This document shows, piece by piece, positions 43,401 to 57,464 of a stretch of 64,000 nucleotides of DNA (within the stretch, counting starts at the first letter, position 1; each line of letters starts with the position of its first letter). The translations under genes were made by a program, and so were the position numbers. The stretch comes from Octopus vulgaris (lineage: Eukaryota): NCBI GenBank assembly GCA_951406725.2, contig OX597836.1, positions 6,634,001-6,698,000 on the forward strand, in the 5' to 3' direction. The notes under the pieces are model-generated. The model was not told the origin of the DNA. It did not search any database and saw only the letters and a list, made by a program, of their open reading frames with translations.

Positions 43401-43761
43401 TATATATCTATAAACGTGTGTAAAATAAGACATACGAATGTGTCTGTAAATATATATACTTATATATATATGTCTATGTGTGTATATGTATATATGTGTG
43501 TGTAGATATGTATATATATATTCATGTGTATGTATGTGTATATTATCTGGTGTGTATATTGAGGTATGCATAATGTGATGCAGGTGTATATATGTATATA
43601 GAATGGTTTCTGTGTATATATGTATGCATCTATACATATGTATATATTATGTGTGTGTGTGTGTATGAATGTATATATAGTTATATATATGTATATAGAT
43701 AGGTATATGTATATGTGTATATATTATATTTACGCACACAGACACACACACATATGTATAT

Positions 43762-43825
<64 letters not shown>

Positions 43826-44047
43826 TGTGAAATAGAAAGATGAATAATCTTGTAGTAGATTAATCAAAAGTTTAACCGATACCTTAGTAGCAAAAATCAC
43901 AGCAGTAAAACAGAGAAAGACACAATATGGTCCCATTATTCCATCGGATTTTGGTAATTTGTGCCTTTCGAAACACGTGTAGAATGAAATAAAACGATTT
44001 CTGTTCAATCTGCGTTCAGCTCCATTTCTTCAATTCACCAATAATGT

Positions 44048-44080
<33 letters not shown>

Positions 44081-44124
44081 GTATATATATATGTATATGT
44101 TTAACATAATAACAACGATATATA

Positions 44125-44213
<89 letters not shown>

Positions 44214-44350
44214 ATATATGTATATATATGTATATATATATATATATCTATACAATATGTTACATTACTCGGTAGTCAAGATAAAACACCATCTCTTCGG
44301 TTATCTGGCTATTTGAAATGAGGTTTTATCTGGAGGTTTTTCAAATAGCC

Positions 44351-44413
44351 AGATAACCGAAGAGATGGTGTTGTGGATTTCCACTCCGGCATCTGAAACT
44401 CAGAGTTTTATCT
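44351..44413 (+). ncRNA. Variant type I hammerhead ribozyme
   Basis: AGAUAA-CCGAAGA-GAUG...CAUC-U-GAAA-CUC-A-GAG-UU-UUAUCU: 6-bp stem I, U4C core variant, extra U before GAAA, near-palindromic stem III. Confidence 0.6.
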
Positions 44414-44509
44414 TGACTACCGAGTAATGTAACATATTGTATAGATAAATTTCCTCTATTTACATAATATTGAGGTCTCTTTCTTTCTTTTATTATCTTA
44501 CCGTTTTAT

Positions 44510-44574
<65 letters not shown>

Positions 44575-44578
44575 TATA

Positions 44579-44826
44579 TATCGTTGTTATTATGTTAAAC
44601 CGACGTATGTCGAAATTTGGCCAAATGCGTTTTTTTCAATATTTATTTTTGCTTGCAATAGCCGGTTCTTTTGGTCAAATTATCTCCAGCTGCTTCAGGG
44701 GTCAATATATCAAAAATTGTGAAAGTGTCGTCGAACGATTTCGCCAATGAATGGTGGAACTATTTTTTCGTTTTATGAAAATGCAAAGTTTTGGACTTAC
44801 AACATTTTGCATAATAGCAACGATAT
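44579..44826. mobile_element. MITE with ~20-bp imperfect TIRs, flanked by TA
   Basis: tatcgttgttattatgttaaa ... ttttgcataatagcaacgata; second copy at 33295-33546. Confidence 0.75.
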
Positions 44827-45396
44827 ATATATATTCACACACACACACACACACACATATATATAATGGTGTGCAAAATATGGCCCAGATTCATGTACGT
44901 ATGTAGGATGTGAAACTGGTGTATTGATTCATGTAGGGTATGATACATGTATAGAAGAGTGAAGACTCATGGAGCACTGTATAGGTGTATGTAGATTGCA
45001 AAGAGCGACATGGGTGTATAATAAGTGTGTCGAAAGTAAGACAGGTGAATAAAAGTCTAGTGAAGCTGATACCGTTGTATAAAAAGGTGTAGAGAGTAGC
45101 GCGCGTGTATAATATGTATATAGAGGTGAAGAACCGCATGTAGAGTGTGGCATATGTGTATAAATGCAGAAATCTCTTACTTGCTTCAGTCATTGGACTA
45201 CGGCCATGCTTGGGCACTGCCTTGAAGAGTGTCAGTCGAAGGAATGGACAGCAGTAATTATTCTTTTTATAAGTTTGGTATTCCTTCTATCGGTCATTTT
45301 CACCGAACCGCTATGTTATGTGGGTCGGTGGTCAGACGGTGGTGGGGACAAACACACCACCCACCCTCCCACACACACATATATATATGTACATAA

Positions 45397-45427
<31 letters not shown>

Positions 45428-45438
45428 CGTTATAAAAA

Positions 45439-45491
<53 letters not shown>

Positions 45492-45608
45492 TAATCAGTG
45501 TCAACGCATAAAACTCTCAGACCTTTGGTCACTCTGTTACTTCGGTCTAAATTTTGATAAAAATATACATATACTCATATTTGAAATTTACTGTATGCTA
45601 CAACACAC

Positions 45609-45647
<39 letters not shown>

Positions 45648-46109
45648 TATCTGTGTACATACATAAATACACAGACGCGCACGCACACACATACACACTC
45701 AAACATATATATGTATACAGAAAAACATATACATATATAAGTATATCCATACATATAGATATATTTTTACCCTCTTCTTCCATATGTGTGTGTGTGTGTG
45801 ACAGTCTTCCAAACAGTTTCCGTCTATCAAATCCACCCACAAAAATTTTGTCGAGCCCGAGGCTATAGTAAAAGACATTTTCCCAAGGTGCTGTGAGGTG
45901 GAAGTGAACTTGAAACCACGAAGTTACAAGGGAGACTCTTAACCACACAGCCGTGTAAAATGCATGCACAAAAATGTGGAGAGTATAACGCAGGTATGTA
46001 AAAATTTGTAGAATTTAGCATGTGTATATAAGAATATATGGAGTAACAATACAGAATGTAGAACGAATATATATGTGTACGAGGGTGTATAATGTGAAAC
46101 AGCTATATA

Positions 46110-46340
46110 GGCGGCGAGCTGGCAGACACGTTAGCGCGCCGGGCGGAATGCTTAGCGGTATTTCGTCTGTCGTTACGTTCTGAGTTCAAATTCCGCCGAG
46201 GCCGACTTTGCCTTTCATCCTTTCGGGGTCGATAAATAAAAGTAACAGTTTCGCACTGGGGTCGATGTAATCGACTTAATCCCTTTGTCTGTCCTTGTTT
46301 GTCCTCTCTATGTTTAGCCCCTTGTGGGTAATAAAGAAAT
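46110..46340 (+). mobile_element. Full-length SINE family A (MetaSINE-like)
   Basis: ggcggcgagctggcaga ... gagttcaaattcc (B-box) ... gcctttcatcctttcggggtcgataaa ... gccccttgtgggtaataaagaaat; tatatag flanks both ends. Confidence 0.9.
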
Positions 46341-46588
46341 ATATATATAGACGTAAGTAGAATGTGGAAAATATATGTATGACGTGTGTAGAGTGACGAA
46401 GATATTTATACAGGGTGTAGAATGTGAAGTAGTTGTACGGGAGTGTGTAGAGTGTAAAATAATTGAAATAAAAGTGTGTAGTCTGAAACACAAGTGTGTA
46501 GAAGTTTGTAGGTAGGACTCACGTTTTGAGGAGTAGAAAAAATGTGAAGCAGTTAAATACAAATGTATGACACGTGATGCAAGCGTTT

Positions 46589-46639
<51 letters not shown>

Positions 46640-46904
46640 GTAAGAATATATAGAGCGTGCGGAAGTGCGAGAGAGCTGTATAAATATGTTCTAGAGCGAA
46701 ATGCAGCTGTATACAGGTGTATGGAGGTATGAGTGTGTACGGTTAGGTTCGGGACTGTTGAAGGGTGTAGAATGTGAGTTAACAGCTGTAAGAGCGATGA
46801 AACTGCTATGTAGAGGACGATGTAGGGTTGTATGTAGAGCGGGGGGGGGGAGGGTTATTTAGTAGTGTATGTCGTATACGTGTGTAGAAAGAGGAGTGTT
46901 GAAT

Positions 46905-47575
46905 ATATACATACATACATACATATGTATGTATGTATGCATGCATGCTTGTATGTATGTATGTATGTATGTATATATGTATATATGTATGAGTGTATTA
47001 TGTATGTATGTATGTATGTATGTATGTATGTATGTATGTATGCCTGTATGTATGCATGTATGTAAGTATGTATGTATGTATGTATGTATGTATGAATTAT
47101 GTATGTGTATGTATGTATATATGTATGTATGAGTGTATTATGTATGTATGTATGTATGTGTGTGTGTATGTATGTGTGTCGGTGTCTGTATGTACGTATA
47201 CATGTATGTGTGCGTGTATGTATATGCATGTATAGGTGAATGTATGTATATACGTAAGTGTGTATGTATGTATATATGTATGAATGTATGTATGTGTGTA
47301 TGTATGTATGTATGTATTTATGTATGTATGTGTGCATGTATGTATGTTTGTGTATGTATGTATGTATGTATGTTTGTGTATGTATGTGTATGTACGTATG
47401 TATCTATGTATGTGTGTCTAGGTATGAATGTGTATGTATGCGTGCATGTATGTGAGTTTGTATGTATGTGTGTGTATGTATGCATGTATTATGTGTATGG
47501 ATGTACGTGTACGTATGTGTGTACGTGTGTATGCATATGTATGTATGTCTGTGTATGTATGTGAATGTATGTATA
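46905..47575. repeat. Imperfect (TATG)n array
   Basis: Directly visible. Confidence 0.95.
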
Positions 47576-47805
47576 AGAAGTTTACTTTGTAACCAGGTGG
47601 TTTCAGGTTCGTTCCCACAGCGCGGCACCTTGGTCAAGTGTCTTCCGCAACTAGAGGGCAACTAATACCATCTTAGTGAATTTGATAGGTGGAAAATTTG
47701 TAGGAACCACCTCCCATATGTGCGCGCCCGCGCGATTGTGTGTGTGTGGGTGTTTCCTTTTGTTTGTGCATGTGTATGAGTCTCTACACATATCTCTATT
47801 GATAA

Positions 47806-47850
<45 letters not shown>

Positions 47851-47875
47851 TATGTATCTCTCTCTCTCTCTCTCC

Positions 47876-47932
<57 letters not shown>

Positions 47933-48262
47933 CACACACACACACATATTGTGAAGCGATTGTTGGGGAGAAACTCAGACACACAATACATATATATATA
48001 TACGACTGGCTTCATTCAGTTTCCTTTTACCATATCCATCCACAAGACACTTACCCAAGGTTCCAGGTTGTGGGACTGAACCCGGAACCGTGTGATTGGG
48101 AACCAAGCTTCTAACCCCATAGCCATGGCCTGCGAATATATCTATGTATATATATGTATGTATATAAGTAAATGTGTACGCATGTATGTATGTATGTATG
48201 TATGTATGTATGTATGTATGTATGTATGTATGTATGTATGTATGTATGGATGGATGGATGGA

Positions 48263-48688
48263 TGTATGCGTGTGTGAGAGTATTTTTATGTACATATATA
48301 TATATACTTATATATATACATACATATATGTACATATATATACGTATGTACGTATGCATAAATATATTTAAATATGTATATATATACTTATACTTCTATA
48401 TATATTTCGTAAATGGTATATAAGTTACATACCGTGATTGTATGTATGTATGTATGTATGTATGTATGTATGTATGTATGTATGCATGTATGCGTGTGTG
48501 AGAGTATTTTTATGTACATATATATATATACCTATATATATATACATACATACATATATGTACATATATATAAGTATGTACGTATGCATAAATATATTTA
48601 AATATGTATATATATATCTATATACATATATATACTTATACTTCTATATATATTTCGTAAATGGTATATAAGTTACATACCGTGATTG
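48263..48688. repeat. Recent tandem duplication of a ~175-200-bp unit separated by (TATG)n
   Basis: gcgtgtgtgagagtatttttatgtac ... atttcgtaaatggtatataagttacataccgtgattg occurs at ~48263-48440 and ~48488-48688. Confidence 0.85.
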
Positions 48689-48935
48689 CCAGGTGATTTA
48701 TACTCCGGGTAATAGTAGAAGAGTACAGAATTTGGTGGAAGCTAGTTGTAGGTGAACGCCATCTTCTGTCGATGCTACATGCAGAATCGGTTGTAAAGCC
48801 ACATGTACAATAGCGTGAATCCATGACCAGACTAATGCCAGCGATACTGAAATAGCAACAAAAAGCCACATGTAAATACGGTAATAATATATAACATGTG
48901 TGTGTGTGTGTGTTTGTGAACGCACATATTGTCTG

Positions 48936-49010
<75 letters not shown>

Positions 49011-49017
49011 CACAAAC

Positions 49018-49052
<35 letters not shown>

Positions 49053-49395
49053 TTTATAAATATATAAACATGAATACATACATAACTACATACATACATA
49101 CATACATATGTGTGTGTTTGTGTGTGTACATATATGCACATACTTACATGTGTATATACGAGTGTTTGTATGAATGTGTAAATGCATGTAAGAGTGTATA
49201 AAGGCTGAGATAGAGAAAAATGCGTCGATATTGATACATCTGTCTCTCATATATGTGTTTACAAGCAATATGAGGGTAAATATATGTGTGTGTATATATA
49301 TATATTTGTGTGTATATATGTATATATATGTGTGTGTGTCTGTGTGTGTTTCTCTTGTGTGTATCTGTGTGTATCTGTGTTTGTGTGTGTGTATG

Positions 49396-49441
<46 letters not shown>

Positions 49442-49597
49442 TGTATGTATGTATGTATGTATGTATGTATCTACACACACGATTATATAAATATATCTGT
49501 CTATATATAACTGAATAAACCTTTAGTATATATGTATATATAAATGAATGTATGAATCGATTGATGGGTGGGTGGATGGATGGATATATATATATAT

Positions 49598-49640
<43 letters not shown>

Positions 49641-49670
49641 CATAAATATATATATACATATATATATATG

Positions 49671-49710
<40 letters not shown>

Positions 49711-50924
49711 GAACAGTTTTCATCTATCCTATGTGTCAATATGATACCTTTCATGTTCCTAGCCACCATTCAATTATATATTTTATCTCACTTTTAATGC
49801 CATATGTTATCTCATAGGTGTATACAGGTATGTAGAACGTACCATAGGTGAACAGAGGTGTATAGAACTGCTTACAATACGTCAAGGGTATATAGAGCCG
49901 TGTAAAACGTGTCATAGCTGTGTAGAACTGTGAAGAATTCATAATGGGCTTCGATAGGTGTGCCTTGATGTTTAGATTGTCATAGCTGTGCACACAATGT
50001 GTCATACGATTAGAGTGTGTCATAGGCGTATAATGAGTAATCCCCCTTGATAAGGTCTCCGTTTTAGAAAGGCATTCCCCATGTAAAGTCTCCCTTTGGT
50101 GTGACTCATGGATTGCCACTGTAGTAAGCAGTGCACCAAGACATCGGATTTTCTGTAGGCAGACGATAGCCTCGATCTGAATGCTTGCAGTTTTACATGT
50201 ATTGTATAACAGTGTGTCCAATGCTTCGAAGCGGTGTGAATGTATTTACGGTGTGTCATATGAATATAGAGGTGTGTAGAATATGATATTTATGTATACA
50301 ATTGCCTAGAATCCGGAACAAAAGCTAAGCTAGGATAGGGTTACCTTATGAGACATATAAGAAGCAGATGAGCCTCTCGACTAATTGATAGCCAATTCGT
50401 AATTGAGACGCTACAGCCTTTGGTGTACATTCGTTCTGGCTCGCTGTAACAATGGACTCTATTTTAACGGGTTGCTTGATGCTGGTCTCAATCTACTAAT
50501 CTTTCATCTTGTCTCGCTTGCTACATCTAATCCTAGTCTCCTTTCTGACCCCACACGACCCATTATATTCAGTCCTTCCTCCCCAGAGTGCCGACCCACT
50601 GGAATGTTTTTCCCTGTCCATAACTTTTCCTTGCAAGCGTTCACCTGCATTAGTTTAAAAGTTAATGTTAATAATAGTCAGACTCTTACCAGTCTCGGCG
50701 GATCTGTAAAAGGCCACAGCCAACGCTCCTTCTTCTCGAATCAACAAGAAACGAAAATGATAAACTAATGAAATAATGAAAGCAGAGAGCTTCTCAGAAT
50801 GCGAAGAGGAAAACGTTTATTAACCTGAATATATTTCAAATAGAAAGACCAATCCTCAGATGTAAGAAGTCAAGAAACGTGACTTACTTCAGACGAACTA
50901 CAACTTATTTTCTAAGAAAAGATA

Positions 50925-51365
50925 AGGCGCAGGTGTGGCTGTGTAATATGAAGCTTGCTCTTCAACCACATGGTTCTGGGCTCGGCCCCACAGCGTGGCA
51001 ACTTGGGCAAGTGTCTTCTACTTTGGTCGGCTTCGAGCCGACCAAAGGCTTGCGAGTGGATTTGGTAGACGGAAACTGAAAGAAGCCTATCGTATATGTG
51101 TGTGAGCGCTTGCACGTGTATATATGTGTATGTGTGTTTGTATGTGGGTGTGTGTGTGAGAATGTGAACGTGTTTGTGCGTATTTATCCTCCGCCGTCAT
51201 TTGTCAACCGGTGTTATTGTGTTTACGTCTCCATAACTTAACGATTCGGCAAAAGAGAGGACAAAATAGGCATCAGACTAAAAAACAAAAAAAATACTGG
51301 GGTCTATTTCAAGGCGGTGCTCAAGCATGGCCGCAGTGTAATGAATGAAACAAATGAAAGAATAC
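50925..51365 (+). mobile_element. Diverged SINE family B copy
   Basis: ggcgcaggtgtggctgtg ... gtagacggaaactgaaagaagcc ... gcatggccgcagt. Confidence 0.8.
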
Positions 51366-54300
51366 AAGAACGCGTATTGGGTCAGAAGGACAAATAGTTC
51401 TCTAGTTTTCTTCTTCTATTTCAATAACATCTACGCTCATTCTTAACATGTTCCGGTAGACTTAGGCATAACTATGCTTTTCACTGTTGGATTTCGTCTA
51501 CGGAGAACCACTTCTCCCTATAGTTAAATCTTTTAATCGAGTAGTTCTCAGTCGCGGTTCATATGGCCCTGGGGTCGGTGGGGTTGATATGAGATTTTTT
51601 GGCTAAAATTTATCTGCAAATAAATTGGTTATTCCTCTACAAAACAGAAACTATTTTAATAATATTATACAATTCCAAGGCAACGAGCTGGCAGAATCGT
51701 TAGCACGCTGGACAACATTTATTTATCTATTTATTTTATTTTATTTTATTTTTTTTACTATCTTTGAAAAGAATCTCACTGGATGATGTAGTCCTAAGTA
51801 CACTATTCCAGCAGTCCTCCTGCTACCCTCTCTCCAAAAAGCAAGCCAAGTTGATCATGGCCTCAATGCATTTAATCAGATTAGAGATTTCTTCAGTTAG
51901 CGATGACCCGAGTTCTGCAAACAAGGAGCACACCACAATTTTACTAGTGATTGCTTTAAGATGATTCCCCTTTGTTGCAAGCATTCAGCAGTCGAGGACC
52001 CTTGTCTGAAGTACAAAATGCCAAATATCTTGGAGTGCTACTAACTACAGCAGTATCTTATGAGACGCGACGCCAAGAAAGGCCTTTGCGCTATACATCA
52101 GTAGTGGTTTTCTAGAGCAGACCTTGAGGGAACTTATAAGGTCCTTAGTCGTCATAAATCAGGCCACGTCACTAAGCTTTTAAAAACCGTATGTTACCCG
52201 AAGCCAAACATGAATAACACCGTTTAACAATTTTTTTTTTTTGTCTTTGGTCAGTAAGTGTTATTTCCTATTTGCTTCTATCTAGAAATCAAAGGAAATG
52301 ACTGTTATTCCTTTCAAACTTTGCTTTTGTCACCTGGACATCAATGTTTTGAATCTGACCTATTTTCCATTACATTTCAGACAGATTCAGCACTGAGTTG
52401 CTGAAGCGGAAATATCGTTATAGCAAATATTCTGCTCAACACCACAGATTTACTCGTCTGTTGCTTGACCTTAACCACTTGAGCAAATCCCTTAGTGGCT
52501 GACAATATATGCATCCCTGATCATGAGTAGAAGTAGTAGGGGAGCATCATAGACATGTGTTGAAAGGGAGTCTTTGGGGTTTCAATAAATGTAACAAAAG
52601 CAAACTTTGAAGCAACATTAGCCATTTTTCATACTTTCTAGAAGTAAGCAAAAAAGAAAGAACAGTCGCTGCCCAAGGACAACAGCCGAGCTGTAGAGCG
52701 TAATCTTTAAAACCTGTGGAACTTATCAGATATTGGCCCATCATATATATAAGATCACAGCACACTAAAATAGTCATTTAACAAAGTGTATGCAATGCAT
52801 AGAACACCATATGTTACACTAAGTAAACATACATTTTTTTCTAGCGATCGAGGTGAAGGTGTATGGTTTAGTGAATGGGGTTTTAGACTTTGGGTCGTAA
52901 GATTGTGGTTTCGAGCCCTGGACCGGACTCTGCGTTGCATTCTTAAGCAAGATACATCATTCCACATTGCTCATGTCCACTCAGCTGGCAGAAAAAAGAA
53001 ATCCAATGACGGGCAGGGGACTGGCTCTTATGAGTCTGTATGACTCGGGAAAGGTCTTTATCCATTAATCCTTTAATAGATAAAGGTCTTTATCCATGAT
53101 GTAGGTGATCGAGATCACAACATCTAACCCTAACCTTGAACGGAACGCCGGTCCGTCACGTGAATCAAGGTCAGCAATTTTATTGAAGAAAGGAGCAAGT
53201 CCATTCCATCAACCCCCAGTACACGACTGCTATTTTATCGACCTCAAAGTACGGAACACATTCAAGGCTTGGTGCTGTTTTCGTATTTGATTATGATGAT
53301 GATGACGACGACGACGATGACGATGATGATGATAATGATGATTATCTCAAGCCGGACTTGATCAAACGTGTATCCAACCGTTACCATCCTTTCTTTTTTT
53401 TTAGGATGTGGTTGGGGTATTTTTAATACATCCTTTAAAATTATTCCAGTAATCGCTTAACATCTTGGCGGAACGAAACGAAACGAAAGGCAGATGGCTG
53501 TCATTGAGAAAGTTTAATTCGGTGGTAACAAGTAAAGCAAAATGGCGACTGGAACAGGAAGTTGAGTACAGGAAGTTGAATATGAAGACGTTAACAGATT
53601 GAAAATAGACAGGACCAAATAGAGTGCAAACTGAAAGCGGTCTGTGTTTGTGGTGGTGAGTGAGGGCGCTAGGAATGCGGTCCGAGTGCCAAGGGGATAG
53701 CAGCTTGAAAAGGTTTAGGAACTACTGCGGTATAGTGTGATTTGAGGGATGTTTGGCTGCTATTTTTTGTGAATGGTGGGATAACGTAACTGTGCAGTAT
53801 GGTGGAAAGCTGTTGTAGAAAACACTGACACAGAAAATGGCGGCCGTGTGAAAGGGGAAATACACGAAAAAGCGGTGGAGAATGTGGTATGATAGAAAGT
53901 ATAATGTAGGCATCGTAATGCGAACGTCACCATCTCTCATCCCTCCTTATGCGATGATGTAACAGCGTGATGTAATACGGTGTAATACGGATGGTATGGC
54001 GTGACTTAATGGATGTAATACAATGTATTGGACATACTGCGGTGTTATGTTGTGGTGCGTCGCTGTGTAACATAGTGAAGTAACGCAGTGTAGTATGATG
54101 CGTCGTGAGATGATGTAACGCAGCGTAAAGTCGACAGTGTTACGTGCATAGGAAACACTGTGTAGTTTTAGGAAGTGATGTAACACAGGGCAATGTTGAC
54201 ACTGTAGAGTTATGCAGAGATGTAACACGTTGGGATGTAGACGATATGTTGTTTTGTGATGTGACAGAATAATAATGATGTAACGCAGCGCACTTTAGTC

Positions 54301-54659
54301 AGTGTTATGTGCATAGGAAGCAGTGTAGAGTAAGCAATATGTTATTTTGCGGTGATGTCTTGTACACAGTGTGATGTTACATATTGACGTGACGCGGTGA
54401 AAGAGAAGTAGTGCGGCGTGACTTAATGTTGTAACTGAGTGCAATGTAGACAGAGTGATTTTAAAATAGTGACGTAAAACTGTGTAATATGTGGTGTTTC
54501 ATGGTGACGTAACACAGACGAGCGTCATGTGATTATGTAGAACTGCCATTTAGACAGAGTGATGTCAACGCGGTGCTTCTAATGGTGTGACATTATGTAA
54601 CGTGAACTGTTTCTGTTCATCTCATCAAGGTGTAAAATATAGACAATGTACTGTTGTAT

Positions 54660-54873
54660 ATTGGTTTCAAATTTTGACCCATGGTCAGTAGTTGTGGGAC
54701 AGGGGCTAAGTGGATTACATTGACCCCAGTGCTCAGGTGGGGCTTATCGTATCGACCCTGAAAGGAAGAAAAGCAAAGTAGACCTCAGTGGAATTTGAAC
54801 GCAGAACGTAAAAACGGACGAAATGCTGCTAAGCATTTTATCCGGCGCATGATCGTGTCTACTAGCTCGCCGT
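54660..54873 (-). mobile_element. SINE family A copy
   Basis: ttggtttcaaatttt ... cgaccctgaaagga ... ctagctcgccg. Confidence 0.75.
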
Positions 54874-55926
54874 CTAATATAATGCTAAATGTTGGTTTCA
54901 ACTTTTGGCACCAGGCCAGCAATTCCGAGGAGAACAGAAGTGGGCGATACTGTCCCTTTGGAGGAGGTGGAAAATATCCAGGTGAGACGTTGAAGAAAAG
55001 TGGGGCTGATAATGGGATGACCAAAAGGGTGTCAATGGATGTAAAAATAGAAAAGAAAAACCTAAATGAAGGGTCGATTAGGTAAAGTTTTATTTGCGAA
55101 ATGCAGATCTTTTCAATTTGCTGCAGAAAGTGGTCTGTGTTTGTGATGGTAAGAGAAGGGCAGTAGGAATGTGGCCCGAGTGGCCCGAGTGCTAAGAGGC
55201 AGCAGCTTGAAAATGTTTGGGAATCACTGAGCTAAAGTGTGATTTAAGGGAGATTTGGCTGCTACTTTTTGTGAGTAGTGTAACCATGTAAATGAGTAGC
55301 ATGGTGGAAAACTGTAGGAGAAAACATTGACACAGTAAATGGTGGTCGTGTGAATGGTGAAATATTTTTAAAATTTTGTAGAAATATAGTATGACAGAAA
55401 GTGTAATGTAAACACCGTGATGCAGATGTCGCCCGTCCTCATTTCTCCCTAGTATTCCCAAACCATGCGGTATCCGCTCGCATCATAAGCATCATGTGTT
55501 AAACCTAAAAGGCAAAGGTAAAGGATACCTTCACGAATCACACCGACTCACAAGAGCCGGTTCTCCGGTTTCCATGGCGTATACATACCCCTCACCTGGA
55601 CGGGTAGCAGGATTAGTCCATGTTTACCAGGTGAGTGGACTAGAGCAACGTGAAATGAGATGTTTCGCTCAAGAACACAGCGTCGCTCGGTCAGGGAATC
55701 GAAACTACAATCATAAGTCCAACATCCTTACCACTAAGCCACGCGACTATATTATTGTACATGCCAAACCTGTACCGATTCCGCGAACAGGGACGTCTAA
55801 AACATCCGTCTGTGGGAATATGTTAATCTTCTCTCTTTCAGCAGCAAGAAAATACAAACGCTATCCTTATTAAGAACGCATCATTGGATCGATGACACAT
55901 TAACCATGAACAGTATACAGTTAGAT

Positions 55927-56203
55927 CAGTGGTCCTCGATCGGGATTCATATGAACCCTGGGTGACTATATGACCCTTGTGGGTCCATATAATATTGTAT
56001 CGTTAAAGTTTATATGATATATATTAGTTATATTTTTATAAGGAAGAAAATATCTTAACATTATTTCATACAGTTCCTAATAATATTTGATTATATAACA
56101 AAAACAATAGGTTTATAAAATGATGAATAGCTATGGGGTGGGGATCCAGTAGAATAAAATAGGAATCGATGAGGCCTGTGAATAAAAAATGGTTGGGGAC
56201 CAG
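55927..56203. mobile_element. hAT-type MITE with 8-bp TSD
   Basis: Ends cagtggtcctc ... ggttggggaccag; agttagat duplicated at 55919-55926 and 56204-56211. Confidence 0.8.
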
Positions 56204-56279
56204 AGTTAGATCCGCCAAAGTTGCTCCAGTTTTTGTGTTTTATAACGAACCAGCTTCGGTCTTGGCAGAAGTGCATCTT

Positions 56280-56790
56280 TAACTTTTACATAATTAAGGA
56301 TCGCGTCCCAATGACTGGCTTTCCTCTTCCGAGACAAAAGGTACTTCATCTTACAGCAATTGTTGATACTCTACATTACTCAGCTGAGGCCCACGATGGG
56401 TTATTGATCTCAGATCTAGGACAATGCTGCTGCTACTGCACACGCAGACATTCTAGACCGCATCCAGAAAAAAAGGGTCACCCGACTATCGCCTTAAAGT
56501 CCCTAAAAGACGAGCTCCAGCTCCTAGTTTACAGCTGTGTTTTCTCCTCCCTCTCTGTATCTTCTACGGCTATTGTAATGGCGTCTGCTACTCAGAATCA
56601 GCTGGACTCATGTCACTCAAATCAGACATTCTTATCCCACGCATCTCTCCTCCTCTCACCATCCTTCTTTTGTCCAGACCCAGTACTATTTACTATACCC
56701 AATCGTTCACCCCCAGAACACCACCCCTCTGGAATTGCTTCCCTGACCATGTCTTTTCCGCAGATATGGTTCAAAGGGAGCATTAATGGC
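56280..56790 (+). mobile_element. Decayed CR1-group LINE ORF2 3' end
   Basis: LYITQLRPTMGY*SQI*DNAAATAHADILDRIQKK ... YTQSFTPRTPPLWNCFPDHVF. Confidence 0.75.
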
Positions 56791-57126
56791 AATAGCCTGG
56801 CTGATTAAGGGAGCATGCATAGGCCCCGAGTGCTATCGCTATTTCCATATCCAAGATTATACAGTGTAAAGTAACAGGGTGGGTTAGTATGTAGAATATA
56901 TATAATGACAGTGTATCATAACTAGGGTTATGGTGTACACTGTGGTATTATACTGTGCATCATATGGCTTTGTGATGTCCCGTTACAGTGTACTGTTAAC
57001 TATACACTGTGGTGAAATATGTCGTGATAATATACCAAACACTGTGACAGTGTATGATACACAGTGTTGTGTAAAGTGGTGTGCTATTACGGGACAGAGA
57101 TGGTATAATAAGAGATGCTACAGTGA

Positions 57127-57464
57127 AAGGTAAAGAACCCTTTCGGTCATGTATGAGCATGAGATTGCACCTAGAAAGTTCCCCTCTGGGGTACAGCTCT
57201 GGATAAGGTTGCTATGGAAGACCAGCGGTCGCCCAAGAACGGCAGCTTCCTTTCTCCATGCCACCGATGTCATCCAAAGGAAAGGTAAAGGCCGATGCAG
57301 CTTGACACTAGTGACGTTGTAACTCATTTCTACACTGAGTGAACTGGAGCAACATGAAATAAAGTGTCTTGCTCAAGAACACAACACACAGCCCGGTCCG
57401 GGAATCGAACTCACTACTTCATGATTATGAGACCGACGCTCTAACCACTGAACTACGCGCCTTC
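57127..57464 (-). mobile_element. tRNA/CORE-like SINE with RTE-type (Bov-A-like) tail
   Basis: Minus-strand head gaaggcgcgtagttcagtggttagagcg; CORE-like ttgagcaagacactttatttca; tail ...ggtcttccatagcaacc...catgaccgaaagggttc. Confidence 0.75.

Noticed and set aside
50500-50640. Minus-strand RHSGEEGLNIMG..., faintly Tc3-like; also a faint RT-like trace at 51780-52110
   Set aside because: Similarity too degraded to support by eye.
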